This document shows, one piece after another, positions 49,201 to 63,370 of a DNA stretch of 64,000 bases. Source of the stretch: Vicugna vicugna. Taxonomy: Eukaryota. Position 1 is the stretch's first letter, and every line of letters begins with the position of its first letter. Where the stretch lies: assembly GCA_013265495.1 (NCBI GenBank), contig MU057576.1, positions 406,982 to 470,981 on the forward strand, given 5' to 3'. Below the pieces are notes generated by a model. It worked only from the letters and a program-made list of their open reading frames with translations, ran no database searches and had not been told where the DNA came from. The position numbers were made by a program, and so were the translations under genes.

Positions 49201-52200
49201 TACTTTCAACCTATTTGTGTCTTTATACTTAAAGTGTATCTCTTACAGACAGCATGTAATTGGGTCTCGCTTTTTATCCATTCGGTTCATCTCTGCCCTT
49301 TATGGAGCATTAACATTTATCAGAAGTATTGCTGTGGTTGGATTTAGGTCATTCTGTTTTTTGTTTGTGCTCATATTTTCCCTGCTTGCCTGATTTCTTT
49401 TAGATTATTAAACATTTTCTGAATTCTATTTCAACTTATCAGTTGTCATTTAGCTACATTTCTTTGCATTGTTTTTTAGTGGCTTCTCTAGGGATTACAT
49501 TAACCAGTCTTAACTTATATTTAGAGTCAATATAGTACACTTCACATAAAATGTAGAAACCTCAGGACTACAGTTCTTTACATAAAATATAGAAATCTTG
49601 AAGGGATTAAAATATATTTTTAAACTTTGTTGCAGTCTACTTAGAATTAATATAGAACCATGTCATGTAAAATATAGAAACTTTGCACTAGGTCCATTTA
49701 TCCCCCACTCCACCACACACAACATTGTCTTTTTTTGTAGTTGTCATGTGTATTACATCTTAACAAGACAGTGTTATATTTTTGCTTTAAACAATCATGT
49801 GTATATTTTTAAACTAAGAGAAAAATAGACTTTTATATTTATTATTTCCAGTGTTCTTCATTCATTCCTAAAGATCCAGCCAACTTTCCTTTGGGTATCA
49901 TTTCCTTCAGCTCAGAGAATTTAGTACTTCTTGTAGCATGGTTCTTGTAATGACAAATGCTCTTAGCCGTTATTTATCTGAAAATGTATATTTCACTTTC
50001 ACTCTTGAAGGATGTTTTTCTTGTATGTAGATGTATGGGTTGACAGGATTCTTTCTTCTTTCAGCACATGAAATGTGTTGCTCCACTGTCTTCCAGCCTT
50101 CCATGGTTGCTCAATAAAAGTCACAGTCCTTAAATCACTTTCCCCTTTATGTAAAGGATCATTTTTCTGGATGCTTTCAAGAATTTTCTCTTTATGTTTG
50201 TTTTTCAGCAGTTTTACAATGATGTGACTAAGCACAGATTTCTTGTTCGGGCTTCACTGAGCTTCTTTAATCTGTACATTTATATCCATAACCCAGTTTG
50301 GGAAATTTGCTGCCATTATTTCCTCAAATATTTTTTTCTGTCTTTTCACTCTCTGGGACTCCAATTACCTACATGTTAAACTTTTTTAAATAGTTCCACA
50401 GTTCCCCAAGGCTCTGTGGTTTTCTGCTTGTTTGTTTGGTTTTGTCCAAACTTTTTTCTTTTTATTCTTCAGATTAGATGATCTCTGTTGATCTACCTTT
50501 AAATTCACTGACTCTCACCTCTCATCTCCATTATGCTTTTAAGCTCATGTGGTGAATTTTTTGTTCAGATGCTGTATTTTTCAGTTCTAAAATTTCCATT
50601 TGGTACTTTTTTATATTTTCTATTTCTCTGTTGGTATTTCTTATCTTTTCATTTATTGTGAACATATTTTCCATTCCTTATTGAGCATAATTTTAATTAT
50701 GCTGCTTTGAAGTCCTTGTCTGGTGACTCTAACATCTATCTTTGTTATCTTAGGGTCTTTGCATCTATTGATCATATTTTCGTTTGAAACTGAGTCATAT
50801 TTTCTGACTCTTTGTATGCCAAAAGCTTTTGCATTGTATTTTGTGAATATTATGTTGTATAGACCCTGGATTCTATTATATTGCTCTGTAAAGTGTTTTG
50901 TTTTAGCAGACAACTAACTTTGTTAGACTCAGCCTGCAACATTGTGTAGGCCCCTCACTCAAATCTCAGTTCCATTCTTGAAGCCTACACTATGAGCTGC
51001 TTTCAGTTTGTCCCACCCAGGGTCAGCTAGGTGCCTGGACTGTTTAAACACATAATTTAAGGCTCTCTGGCTTTGGCTTTTTCCAGGGGATCTGGTTGCC
51101 CTAGGCTTCTTCCCCTGGTAATGCCAGTGAAAGACAGAGGCCTGACTATTGAAATTTTAGCTGTCCCTGCACTCCTGTGATGGAGGCCACCCTCAAAGCC
51201 AAGGTGCAAAAAATGGGGAACTTATTCCTTGCTGGTGACTAACTCCAAATTTTAGCTTTTCTCACAAATCTTTGTTCAGTCTCCAGAGCCCTTGGGTAGC
51301 TGTTTTGTTTTGTTTTTTTACTACTATCCTGAGTTTCTAGCTATGATTTACAGGAAGATCAGTCTGTTAGGCAGTGGGACCTAACCAGATTGGAAGGCCC
51401 TTATTTACTCTTGATCAGTTTACTGCTTTCTTTTTGCCTCCTCTTCCGTCTTCTGTTCAGGTCAATAGGCTCAAGTTCTTCATCATTTCCCTCTGTGTCT
51501 TTAGGAGATTATGACTTAAAAGTTCTTATTAAATCTCAATTTTTCTTTCCTCCTCTTGTATCCCCCTCATCTACTGTTCTTGGGTCTTGCACAGTTGTTT
51601 CTGAGCAAGCTTTGTCTGCTCTGACTATTTAGGCTAGTTGTTAACATCCTGTATTCACAGGCCTAATAGTACTGATTGTAGACTGGCCCAGGGAGGCTAA
51701 GATACGATTTCATATTTTCCATAGTGGTTCTTGACATTTTGAGAATCTGATAAAAACTAAGGGCCTATCCCCCCCCACCAAAATATGCCTATACACACAC
51801 AGATGAAATTATATACAATTTCAGGGGTTCCCAGAACCCCTGAAGCCCATCCATGACACCCAAAGACAGGTGACATGATGGTCATTTGGAAAGAAATAGG
51901 TCTGGACTATAGGTGAAGACTGTGGGACTGGGGAGGATGTGAAGGACCGGCCAGGAGCACCATCTTCCTGGGCCTCTCCTTTAGACAATATATGTCAAGA
52001 GAGAAATACAGCCATTGTATATGTGTGTGTGAAAGAGTGAAATTCTCCCATATTAAGTACACTTCAGTTTTGTAGCCATGTTTTAGGGTTGACCTCTGAG
52101 ACGGGCTGCTTTAGGCATGACCTTATTTTCAATCATTTGGCTTTCTTAGTCTTTTCCATTACTGTGGCCCTTGGAAAAGCTTAAAAAGAGCTCGGTGAAG

Positions 52201-55200
52201 GGTGTCACTGCTTGTGGCCACAGGGGGGCAGGGTAGGCCCAAAGTCTGAATGTGATTGCTGGCAGCCAGCTAGACTGCAACAGACTAGGCCTTCCTCACT
52301 TGTGACGAACGCTCAGATACTCAGAGCCAGCTGCACCTCCACGCCAGTAGCCAATGACCTTTCTAGTTGGTACCCTCAGTGTAACCAGTCTCACTGACTG
52401 CGCTGCTCACCAGTCAGTGTGCCGAGCTGTTCTTCAACACTAGAAAAGTGAGAAGTCCCCGCCCCTTCCCCCTAGTTTAGCACATTTTGTTGTATTTGTG
52501 AGGAACACAGTACTAGGTGTTGGTGCTCTTATATATGTTGATGGTGAGGGAGGAAGTCACCAAGAGAAGTAATCGGAAGAAAATGAGTTCCAAAAAAGGA
52601 AAGCACATTCTTTTCCTTTAAGAGCAAATCGTTTTGTTGATGACAGAAACGGAAGAAAATGCCATTTGTTGGACGACATGCCATTCAGAGCGAATTAGCT
52701 CACTTCTTATGCTTCCTATAACTATGAAATAGGTTGTACCATCTCCACTCTGCCCCAAGTCACATAGCTAACAACTTTCAAGCCGCAATTCAAACCCTGG
52801 TCTTTCCACTTCGTTCCACCACCCTTCATAAACTCACGACAAGATAAGAAATCCCTTCAGAAGAAACAAAGTAACAAGTGTCATTTGAATTGCCCACACA
52901 GAGGGCACAGATACCCAGGGGGTGCTGATTAAAGCCAAAGAAGGGGGTAGGGATGTAATTAAGCATAACTTCCTGGACAGTCCGTTCTGAGTTGAATTCT
53001 GGAGGAGCTGAGGCCCTGGATTGACAAGGGTAATAAAAGCACTGAGGAAGGAAGGAAGTCACATGGCAAGGAGGCTAACTTGGTTGAAGCAGAAGAGTTA
53101 CAGGAAAAAGTAATGAGAGCTGAGGAGCGGGGAACAGCTGTTTAACTCAACAGGCATTTGCTGAGCTTCAGCACTGCTGAGCTGGGGGCCCGGGGTGGGA
53201 GCATAGGCTTTCAGCAGGTGGAGATTGGGGGAAAGGTCTGAGCCACCACGGAACGAGGGGAAATGGGGGGTTTTGAGGAATAAGGAGTAACAAGTGGTAC
53301 AGGATGAGTGAAGGGAAGAAAGAAGATGACAGTAGGAAGGCGGTGTGTGCATTTTAGCAAAGGAAGGATCTGACAAAGCCATGTTTCAGAGAAACTGACT
53401 GGTAAGAAGGATCGGAGGGGAAGGAATGGCATTTGATGGAATAGCCAAGAGGCCACTGCCATAACTCAGGCACAAGGAAATGAAGGACTGGACCAGGGAC
53501 AAAGAAAACACAAAAGAAGTTCTCTATCAAGAGTGTTCTGGTTTACACATTAGTCCTTAGCTTGTATAATGTGACTGTCCCTGAGAAGGTCCCTGCAAAA
53601 GTGAGGACTCAAATCTGAAGCACCTGCATGGCGATTCCCTGAGAATTTTTTCAAAGGAAGACGCTCTGTTCTGTGGCTCTTCCAAGAACCTGTAGGTTAA
53701 GAAGTTGGAAAGAACTCCACACCATATACAAAAATAAACTCAAAATGGATTAAAGACTTAAATGCAAGACATGAAACTGTAAACCTTCTAGAAGAAAGCA
53801 TAGGCAGTAAGCTCTTTGATACCAGTCTTGGCAATATTTTTTTGGATATATCGCCTCAGGCAAGGGAAACAGAAACAAAACTAAATGGGACTACATCTGA
53901 AAAGCTTTTGCACAGTGAAGGGAACTACCAACAAAATGAAAAGGCCACCACCCCCTGAATGGGAGAAGATATCTGCAAATGACATATCTGATAAGCAGTT
54001 AAATCCAAAATATACCAAGAACCTATAAAAACTCATCATCAAAAACCAAACAACCTGAGTTTAAAAACAGGGCCTAAGTGGACATTTTTCTAGAGAAGAC
54101 ACACAGAGGGTCAACAGGCACATGAAAAGATGCTCAGCATCACTAATCATCAAGGAGATGCAAATCAAAACCACAGTCAGCTCACACCTGTCAGGACAGC
54201 TATTATCAAAAAGGCAGTCGCAAGTATTGGCAAGGATGTGGAGAAAAAGGAACCCGTGGGAATGCAAATCGGTGCAGCCACTCTGGAAAACAGTATAGAG
54301 GGTCCTCCAAAAATTAAAATAGAGCTACCATATGATCCAGCAATTCCACTCCTGGGCGTTTATCTGAAGAAAACAAAAACACTAATGTGAAAAGATATAT
54401 GAACCCGTATGTTCGTTGTAGCATTATTTACAGTAGCCAGGGTATGGAAGCAAGTGCCCATCAATAGATGAGTGGATAAAGAAGATGTGGTGTATATATA
54501 TACAACAGAATACTACACTGCCATAGAAAAAAAGAATGAAATCTTGCCCTTTGCAGCAACATGGATGGATCTAGAAGTTTTAGTCTAAGTGAAATAAGTC
54601 AGACAGAGAAAGACAAGTAATGTTAGATTTCACTTATATGTGGAATCTAAAAAAAACAAAACACACAAACTAACTGAACAGAAACAGAGTCACAGAGAAC
54701 AAACAGGTGGTTGCCACAGAGGAGGAAAGTAGGGCGAGGAGAGACGTAGGTGAGGTAGAGCAAGAGGTACAAACTTTCAGTTACAAAATAAATGGGTCAC
54801 AGGTATGAAATGTACAGTGTGGGGAAACTAGTCAATAATTATGTAATATCTTTGGTGCCGGATGCTAACTAGTCTTATCATGATGTTCATTTTGAGAGGT
54901 ATAGAAATATCAAATCACTACAGCGTGTGCCAGGAACTAACATTTAGTTATACTGCACTAAATAGCAACAGGTCATTACACTGCAAAAGCAAACTCACAG
55001 AAAAGAGATCAGATTTGTGGTTACCAGAAGTGGGGGCGTGAGGGGGAATTGAAGGAAGGTAGTCCAAAGGTACAAACTTCCAGTTATATGATAAATAACT
55101 ACTAGTAAATATATTAGTAATATATAGTAAATGTATAGTCCATAACTATTTACTGTAAGATAAATAACTACATACTAATGCACAGCATGATAAATATAAT

Positions 55201-58200
55201 TAGCACTGCTGTACATTACATATAAAAGTTGTTATAGAGTAAATCCTGAGTTCTTATCACAAAGAAAAATTGTCTTCTATTTCTTTAACTTTGTGTCTAT
55301 ATGAGATGATGGATGTTCACTAACTTATTGTGGTAATCATTTCATGCTGTATGTAAGTCATATCATTATGCTGTACATCTTAAACTTATGTGCTATATGT
55401 TAACTATATCTCAATAAAACTGAAAGGAAAAAAAGAAGTTGACAAGAACTTTAGCAACAGTGGTGGAGTGTCTGCAGGAAAGATTGGCAGTTTCCTTCAC
55501 AGAGGCACCATGTTTCAGGCTTGGTTCTTCAGCTTTGCAGGATGAAAAAGCTGATTTTGTAAGCATCACCTTCTCAAGCTCAAGACTGAAGTATAAGCCA
55601 GAATATTTTAGAAGGAGAACCATACATAGCCACTATCATCACCAAGAAGAGCAGAAACCTGACAAACACACCCTGCCGTGGGGACGCATGGAGCCAGCAC
55701 ACCCTCCCCTCTGAGCCCCTCTTGGACGGCACTGCCAGCGTGTGCTGCTGTGGCTCCCTTCCTCTGGGCTCCATTTCTGGCCAATCCTCCTCCCTTCTAA
55801 TGGTCACATTCATTCTTTGGATAAGCCAGGACCATCCACAGGCTCCAGCCAAATCTTGCTCTGGTCAGTAAGCCATCCTTCTTTCTTACTGTGACTGTTT
55901 TTCATTGGCCTTATCACTCTGTATTAATTTTATCATTTGACCATCTGAGGAAAACCCTCTTTTTCTCATTTCCAGATTCTTAATGGGAGATAACTTTGCT
56001 ATTGTCCTCATATAATGCCCATGGTAGGAGTCTCTAATCTTCTACCCTTTCCCTGGGGAGAAAAAAAGAAACAATTATTTCTCTTCAAAATTCTGCTTGG
56101 ACTCAAAGCAGTATTAACCTCTCTGCGTTTTGAGATCCTTTGCTCAGTTTCATTTCTTTAGTTCTGTGTCTGCGTCCTTATGCTTTAATGACTATTTTGC
56201 CTCCCTGAGAAGCAGCTGTCCAGTCAGTTCCATACTTGTTACTCAGGGTTGAACTCCAGGCTCAGAAAAATTACTTCTTGTTTTGCCTGTGACAAAAGAT
56301 GATTCACACTATTAAGAAGAACATTTCTCTCCACTTACGAGGAATGTTCCTTTGACAATGACCTCACGTTTATCACTGTAGTGCTTGAAAACATGGTGGG
56401 GCAGATGAAAGTTTAAGGAGGAATGGTCAAGAAAAACGTTGCTTGGGGGAGGGTATAGCTCAAGTGGTAGAGCACATGCTTCGCATGCACAGGGTCTTGG
56501 GTTCAATCCTCAGGACTGCCTAAAAATAAATAAATAGATAAACCCAATACCCCCCAAAATTTTTTTTAAATAATAATGTTGTTTTGTAAACTCTGTAAGT
56601 GCAAAGAGTATCATATATCTTTGTACAGTATTTCATCTTCTGTGTGATACATAATTACTATTAGTCCGTGTTGGAATAAATGAAATGACTAGTTACCTAA
56701 TGAATCCTTGTGACTATTCACAAAAGATGGTAGAGTTTTAGTAATACTAGTCGAAGAGAAAGGCATTTGGTGCCCCTTATCAGCCACAGAATAAGTCGTG
56801 AAATGTGACATGAAGTCATCTAAGTCTCGCCACACCTCCCCTGTGTGGGTGCCAACACTTTGGACTGAAGCCCTTTGTCCCTTGTGGAGAGCATGCCACC
56901 TCTGCAGACTTGTCCTCAGGAATGTCGTTCTAGAAATAAACCAGCTTTCTCCCCGGGATCCATGAGTCATACATAGAAGTTAATTCATTGGAGCAACTGA
57001 CTTTTCTTAGGCCCTTTGTGGAAGTATTTCAGAGAGTCCCTCATGGTGAGGCAAAAAAAAAGTCGGGTTCCTCCTCGGTTTTCTTCCAGATCTTGTCTCA
57101 TTTCCTGTCTCTCACCTTATATTTGGCTTTTACTGACAAACTACCTTCACACCCAAACCCCAATTCCTGAGCTAGTGTTGCCTGAGGAAGGAAGTAGGCT
57201 AGCAAAGGCTACCTGCCTACCTAGTTTCATTCATTCAGGTTTGGAGTCAAATCGCACTCCACCAGGCCACCCCGTCTTCTTGGCTGCTGACCATACTTGT
57301 GTGATTTAGTAAGTCAGCAGCAAACTTGTATCGTCTGTATCAGAAGGTGGAGCTCAGGAATTCATCTTTTTTTTTTCTATGAGTCTTTTTAAAATTTAAT
57401 TTTTATAACAGCAGTAATAGTTGAATACATTTTCACTGTGAAACAACAACATAAAACTGAAGGCCCCCTTGTTAATTGTCTTTAATTTGCATTGCTATAT
57501 TATTTGGGGGCTGTTTTTGTACCCTAAAGTGGGTTTTTTTTTTGCTAATATTTTTTAAATTTATTGAGTTATATAGTCAGTTTACAATTTTGCATCAATT
57601 TCTGGTGTACAGCACAATTCTTCAGTTATACATGAATACACATATATTCATTTTCATATTCTTTTTCACCATGAGCTACTACAAGATATTGAATATATTT
57701 CCCTGTGCTATACAGTATAAACTTATCTATTTTATATATACCAGTCAGTATCTGCAAATCTCAAACTCCCAGCTTACCCCTTTAACCTTGTCCCCACTGG
57801 CAACCACAAGTCTGTATTCTATGGCTGAGTCTGTTTCTGTAAAATGTTTTTTACATGTTTTCTGTAGAATGTTTTACTCCTGTCCGCTATTAACACTTTG
57901 ATGGTAGCCTTCCAGAGCTTTGTAAAAGGCATTTCCATACATATGTATGTACTCAGGCCAATAGTTTTATTTTTCTATAAATAGGCTCATACTATACATC
58001 TTCTTCTAGAACTTTCTTTATTCACATACTATCTCCTGACTCTCCACGTCAGTACATTTAGCTTTACTTTGTTTGTTAACAATAGCTTAATACTCCATCA
58101 TTTGTGCCATAATGTATTTCAACATTCCCCTAATGATGGGCATTTGATTTGCTTCCTGTTTGGAATTTTGATTATCTGTTTTTATTACAATGCTGTACCA

Positions 58201-61200
58201 GACGCCTTCGCATGAGTCTATGTGTGTGCTATCCAAGAATGTCTCTAGGCTGGATATCTAGAGGTAAAAGTTGATGGGTACAAAAGATGGGTGCATTTAA
58301 ATTTTTATATTTTTCAAAATTTACAGTTAAACAGTCAAACACTTTAACCACTGCGTCCCTTTCTTCTGCAGAGAATTCTGTCTTGGGAACTGACATTGAC
58401 CTTCAGACTGTAGACAATGATGTTGTCAGCATGGAGATGTTCTTCAAAGCCTGGCTACATAACAGTGGAACAGACCAAGAACACGTCCACCTTCTTCTTC
58501 CTTCACGGTGTCTCAGCAACATTTCCAGAGCCGGAGATAATCCAAGTACACACCCCCACAAAAGATGTATTACATAGATTATGGTTATCCCAGTCTACAG
58601 TTAGGACTCTAGATTGGTAGATCCCCAGAATACAGAGTAGTTGAAGTTTAGGGGTTGGAGGAGGATTGGATGAGGCTGTCCAGTGTAGGCATTGAGGAGT
58701 AAGAAGAGTAGTTCTAAAAAGTGACCACAGTTACAAAACTGAACTTAATTAAGCCCAGACAGCAAGGGCTAGTTAGTTTCAGCGTAAAGACTGAAATACC
58801 CCAATAACAGGGCATCAGCTACACTGCATAAGCGCACAATGAGTCCTATATTTTCTCAGTCTTTCACTTTTGATGCAGCAGACATTATCGACATTATAAT
58901 TAGAGGTAAGGTGGTACCTCGGCAATATCAACAGGGCCCATGAGGAGAGGAAAAGAACCAAAGGTAAGTGGAGATTAAATCGAGGACTTTTCAATAGGGA
59001 GACACCAAACTGAGGGGAACCGAAGCACCTGCAGAGGCAAAGCCCGAGGCCAGCGAGGTCCTGGCTGTTGCTCTGGCTGGCAGTGATGCTTAGTTCAGGT
59101 CCCACCAGACCATAGGACAAAGCCATTTCTAGAGTTCACCCCCTTTCGTGGTCGGCTTAGGGCCCAGCTCCAAAGAGAAGACTTAAATTGTGTCTTCCCC
59201 TTTAGGAGGGGGCGCTCAATGAGAAAAAGGGGTATAGACTTCCACCCCCAAAGGAAAGACGTATCTTGGCGCTTGCTTTCTGGGGATAGCCTTCTGGCTC
59301 TTTCTCTCCCTCCCACCCACTTTCAGTCTAGGGCCCCGGATGCATTTAGCAACTTAACCTTGATTTTACTGTCTTCAAGGCCAATAGTACCAATTGCTCC
59401 TAGTCGCATCCTCTGGAATTCACTTATCTATTTTCTTCCAGCCACTGTGTTAATTCCTTTCCCTGCATTATCCCATTTCAGCTTCATAACAACATGAGAC
59501 AGGTACTGTAACCATATGTCATTGAATCTAAGATGCTATTAATGAAAAGATACACCATTATTTTATGTACCACTAAGAAAGAAAAACGCTGCCAATTAAA
59601 TGTGACACAGTGCTTTTTTATCACTTATAAATATATTTTATCCTTACTGAGTGAGTAGAGTAGTAAGACGAAGATTATCTGCCCAGTCAATGGTGATTAA
59701 GAGATACATACAGAGATGTTAGTTAGAAAAAGGAAGTCTTAAAAACCAATAAAAGTAATATTATCCCAGTTTTACAGAGAAAATTGAAACTTAGAGAAAT
59801 TAAACATTTCCCCCAGGGCTGCACAGAAAATTCTTAGCCAAGCCAGAATTCGAAGCCAGTCAACTCCAGAACCCATTCTTAACCCCTAGGACTAGAAATC
59901 TGTATTTTGTGCATTTTGTGCATTTGACTACTCTTCAGTCCAGAGGACATTCATCAAACTCAGGTCTGTCACCTCCAGAGCCTGGGTCCTTACCAGCTAC
60001 ACAGCCTGCCTTGTGCGGGACAATTTTGAACCAAGAGTCTGCCTCCTGCTGGGCACTTATCTCATTAGGAGGGCTGGGGCCATCAAAAGCCAGGAACTCC
60101 TGCCACTAGCCTTCTTCCACTGTTGCATGGCGTTTGCCCATGGTACTGTTGAGAATTTCTTTGCTTTGCCTTCTATTTTTCCATGGCTTTCAGCACCAGC
60201 CAGAGCCAGAATGTTTATCTGCAGTCATTTTTCAGAAATCCACAGGTCTTCAGAGTGGGTGGTAGAACTTAGATCTGGACTTTTCTGCCCAGGAGGTCTT
60301 CACTGGAATCCAGATGCTCAGGCACAGGTGGAATGAGATCCAGGGAAGCAGGCCTCCTCTGGGGTGGGTGGGACACACACGCGAGTTTATACGAGCACAA
60401 TAAAGATCATACTATAGCTATCCATTGTTTAAAAAAACTGATGCACAATGGATTTCTAGAAATGTGACTCCCTACAGGAAAACATAACAAAATACAACAA
60501 AACCCCTGAAGTCTCCTACTTTAGAATCTTTTGAGGACTGCTCCTCAGATGTTCACTTTGACTTCTCCTTATAAGGGTCTCCATCCAACACCACCTGCTT
60601 CTGTAGCTGCCTCAGGCCCTTAACCCGCTCTCTAGGGACTTCCCTCAGAGGCCTCTTTCTGACAGAGTGCACAGTCTGCCCCACATGAGTGTCTTGTGTT
60701 ACCTCTTTGAGTTTGGGACCTGCCACCTCTGCACATGGGTTCTGCGTGGTGAGAAGCATACATGGTTCTAGACTCATTCCCTGCCTGCTAAAACATCTTT
60801 CCCAGCTTTGGGGACACTGCTGAGATTACAGTTCCAGGAGTTCTCAGCCCTAGCTGCAGGAAGAATCACATGAGGAACTTTTAAAAACACCGAAAACAGC
60901 TCCAGTCCCAGAGATCCCTGTTTCGTTGTTGTGAGTAGGGCCCAGACCTCAGTACCTTTGACAAGCCCACTAGGTGATTCTTACTGCAAGCAGAGTTGAG
61001 AGCCTCAGCCAGATGAACACAGCTGTCTGGTTCTAAAGCCCAGGGACCCAACAACCGAGAAGTCAGGCACAGAGGAAATGAGGGGCAGCTGGAGTCCTAG
61101 GCAGAGCCCCTCCTGCTGACTGCCACTCCAAGAGCCAAGAGCTGTCTCACCCCGAATTCATGTCTAGGTCTGATTGCTGCTCCCAGGAGGGCCAGCAAGA

Positions 61201-63370
61201 GCTGATATCTATTCTGACATCCTATTTTTTCCCCTACATTATTTCTACTTCTGTTTTTACTTCATGTTGCACTTACTACAGTCATTTCATAAATCACTGA
61301 CATCAACCTCTAGCCTTCTCGCAAGTACTCAACTTTCATACATTCCTAGTTTAATAGTATTCATATCTGATACATATTTTATTAAAGACCTTCGTAGTAT
61401 CAAGGATTCAAGCCTAGCACAACAGAACATCATACACAGTGATGTGAATACACCTGTTGGAGCTGAAGCTTAATACAAGAGTACAAATCCTCCGTGAATA
61501 ACCCACACATAGTTGAAGCCCCCCCAGAACTACTTACTGTCTGTTGCCACGGTGATGCTCCAAGGCCCAGAAGTTTCCATTCATTTGGGGAATTAAACCT
61601 AAGCTATTTCAGGAACTTACCCCTCCCCCTCCCCCTCCCCCTCCCCCCGAACGTCCCTAGAAGTGCTCACACAGAAACGGTAGCTATCAGCTGACCACCT
61701 GACTTCTGCTTCTCTGCTCTTCCCTCGTCTAACCTGAAGTCTTGCCAAAGCTGAGCCACAGGGAAGCAGCAGAGGCAAAATTTCCTTCTGTGATTACCAG
61801 AAGGCCCTGCCTGTTGCAGTGTTAGCTGCCCCTACCGCGGAGGACACGTGTTCCTCCCAGACTCCATCACAAGCCAGATCTTTCACCATGAGCTGCTCAG
61901 CCAACCCAGAAGTAAAACATAAGAATCATGTCGGACCCAGAAAATAAGTCTCCTATTGTGTAGAGCAATACTGTTCCAGACCTGCTCTGCCTTCCCAAAC
62001 CAATTGTACTTTCCTCTCTCCCCTCCCAGCCGCTACTTGCCTGGTGAGGGCAGAATGTGTGGCAGGTGTTCTCTCTTAACCGTATATATAGCCTCAGGTT
62101 ACCTGGGACAAACAGTCTCTCCCCCAGTACTGCTTTTCATTGCAGTGTGCCTGAAATGTGATCTCCAAGAGCGACTTCTCAGCCCGTCCCTGCTCCCTGG
62201 CACAGCTGGTGGCTCCCTGCGAATGGATGACCCAAAAGGAGACTTCATCACACTCTACCAGATGGCTTCCCAGTCGTCAGCGTCTCGTTACAAGCTCCGG
62301 GTGATCAAGTATGTTCCAGTCCATGCAAATGCTTATTCTTATGGGTTCCAGAACTAGGAAGTCCAGAGATAGAGGGCATCCCCAGGTGTCGGGCAACAGG
62401 AGGTCAGTTCCAAAGCAGCAACGGCGGGTATGGGTATGAAAGAGCAAGGTCAGTCTGCTCAGTGTGTGGAGTTGAATGAGGAGATGGTGGGAGATGTGCC
62501 TCAGTAGGACATTCTGAGGTCTGGATGAGGACTGAAAATCCAGAAAGTCTCTGAATGCAGAGAAAAACAAGATCAGCAGAAAGATGTTTATCCATTCAGT
62601 AAGTGCTATTGAGTACCTACTTTGTTTAGACATCAGGACAGAGATCTGACCCTCAAGGAGCAAGTGGTACATAAGATCTACTCCACCTTCCCATTTCTTT
62701 AAGTACTAGAATTCCTGCTTCCAAGAGAATAAATGCCAGGGTGGAATTAGCAAGGATGGCAAAGACCACTTTCACTGTTTCCTAGATCCTATCACATGCC
62801 CATGTACAGGTACCTGAGTAAGCTTGACCATGAATGCTGCTGGGGAACCTTCTTAAGTGCATCCTTTTCTGAAATGCATCTTCTGTCAGCATTTTGCCAC
62901 AAAAAAGCCAGGTCTGGGATGCAGATGGTTAACATACTGCTGTGTAATACGGTTGCTGCAGCAGGAGTGAATGGAACAGAATGAGCTCAGGAGAGGCAAC
63001 ACCCATCAGAGTCATGAAACCTCATGATGGCTGCGCCATTTAACAGACTCTGAGACCCTGCTGTGGGCCAGAGACCTTGCTAGGTCCTGGCCATACTATG
63101 AGTAATTCACAGGCCCCAACCTAAAGGACTTCACAGTAGGGTCTTGGACTTAAGCTGAATTTAAGTGGATCTGGGTCAAGGTTCTGGATATCACTGAGGA
63201 GACTTTCGCTGCCATTGTCTTTTCCCAGGGCTCTGAAATCCAGTGGGGTCTGCGAATCACTGACATATGGACTCCCATTCATCCTCAGACCCACCAGCTG
63301 TTGGCAGCTGGACTGGGATGAGCTGGAGACAAACCAGCAGCATTTCCATGCTCTGTGTCACAGCCTGCTG
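31048..63370 (+). CDS. M1AP: Meiosis 1 associated protein; six coding exons in the window, gene continues beyond 64000
   Basis: Exons 31048-31287, 36339-36524, 37252-37420, 58372-58545, 62146-62308 and 63229-63370 join into 358 open codons matching recalled M1AP. Confidence 0.93.
33404..33548 (+). mobile_element. Vic-1-like SINE
   Basis: gggggtatagctcaagtggtagagc...ggttcaatcccc. Confidence 0.85.
33925..34940 (-). mobile_element. ERVL-type pro/RT fragment (degraded)
   Basis: [32 protein letters not shown] and [21 protein letters not shown] are RT N-terminal motifs; frameshifted. Confidence 0.85.
35720..36059 (+). mobile_element. TSD-bounded SINE plus 3' flank cassette
   Basis: 14-bp TSD agcagtcacaactg at 35706 and 36060. 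Confidence 0.75.
36339..36524 (+). CDS. M1AP: M1AP coding exon
   Basis: [10 protein letters not shown]...LTYTSLE; 186 nt; AG/GT flanked. Confidence 0.93.
37252..37420 (+). CDS. M1AP: M1AP coding exon
   Basis: [22 protein letters not shown]...PSSD; 169 nt. Confidence 0.93.
37703..38022 (-). mobile_element. L1 3'-end insertion
   Basis: Antisense L1 3'UTR; taatcacttt repeats on both flanks. Confidence 0.8.
38331..38560 (+). mobile_element. MER45-like hAT DNA transposon fragment
   Basis: agggctgtcttcacgggc...tgcagtcacacagggcc...ttcttaataatttt resembles the recalled MER45 5' end. Confidence 0.6.
39030..39345 (+). mobile_element. L1 3'-end fragment
   Basis: gatacaaatgaacttatttacaaaacagaa...tcaactatacttcaat. 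Confidence 0.8.
40465..40599 (-). mobile_element. Vic-1-like SINE with 17-bp TSD
   Basis: gaggctagcactgttta at 40448 and 40600. Confidence 0.9.
41762..42277 (-). mobile_element. L1 3' end
   Basis: Antisense [13 protein letters not shown]...[11 protein letters not shown] plus 3'UTR. Confidence 0.85.
42285..47930 (+). mobile_element. Nested L1 cluster: old L1M ORF2/3' end interrupted by younger L1s (~42590-44370; 45779-46941) and a SINE (44925-45042)
   Basis: ORF2 C-terminal peptides recur three times. TSD aagaatttctg at 45768/46942 and TSD aaagaaatacctttta at 44876/45043. Confidence 0.85.
48680..51360 (-). mobile_element. Old antisense L1M fragments (3' end, ORF2 start, ORF1)
   Basis: Degenerate HIIVKLLK...KEKIL ORF1-like peptide; T-rich composition. 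Confidence 0.65.
53717..55432 (+). mobile_element. 5'-truncated L1 with long bipartite 3'UTR
   Basis: TSD aagaagttg(ga/ac)aagaact at 53699 and 55433; ORF2 C-terminal motifs. Confidence 0.85.
56444..56570 (+). mobile_element. Vic-1-like SINE
   Basis: gggggagggtatagctcaagtggtagagc...gggttcaatcc. Confidence 0.85.
57548..57840 (-). mobile_element. L1 3'-end fragment
   Basis: Same family as the 30173-30850 element, antisense. Confidence 0.8.
58372..58545 (+). CDS. M1AP: M1AP coding exon
   Basis: [12 protein letters not shown]...[14 protein letters not shown]...DNP; 174 nt; donor GTACAC. Confidence 0.9.
60835..61008. mobile_element. MER5-like hAT-Charlie relic
   Basis: gttctcagccctagctgc..agaatcac...ggtgattct...gagttgagagcc resembles recalled MER5. 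Confidence 0.55.
62146..62308 (+). CDS. M1AP: M1AP coding exon
   Basis: [11 protein letters not shown]...[17 protein letters not shown]...VIK; 163 nt. Confidence 0.93.
63229..63370 (+). CDS. M1AP: M1AP coding exon (not in the ORF track)
   Basis: [53 protein letters not shown]; 142 nt. Confidence 0.93.
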
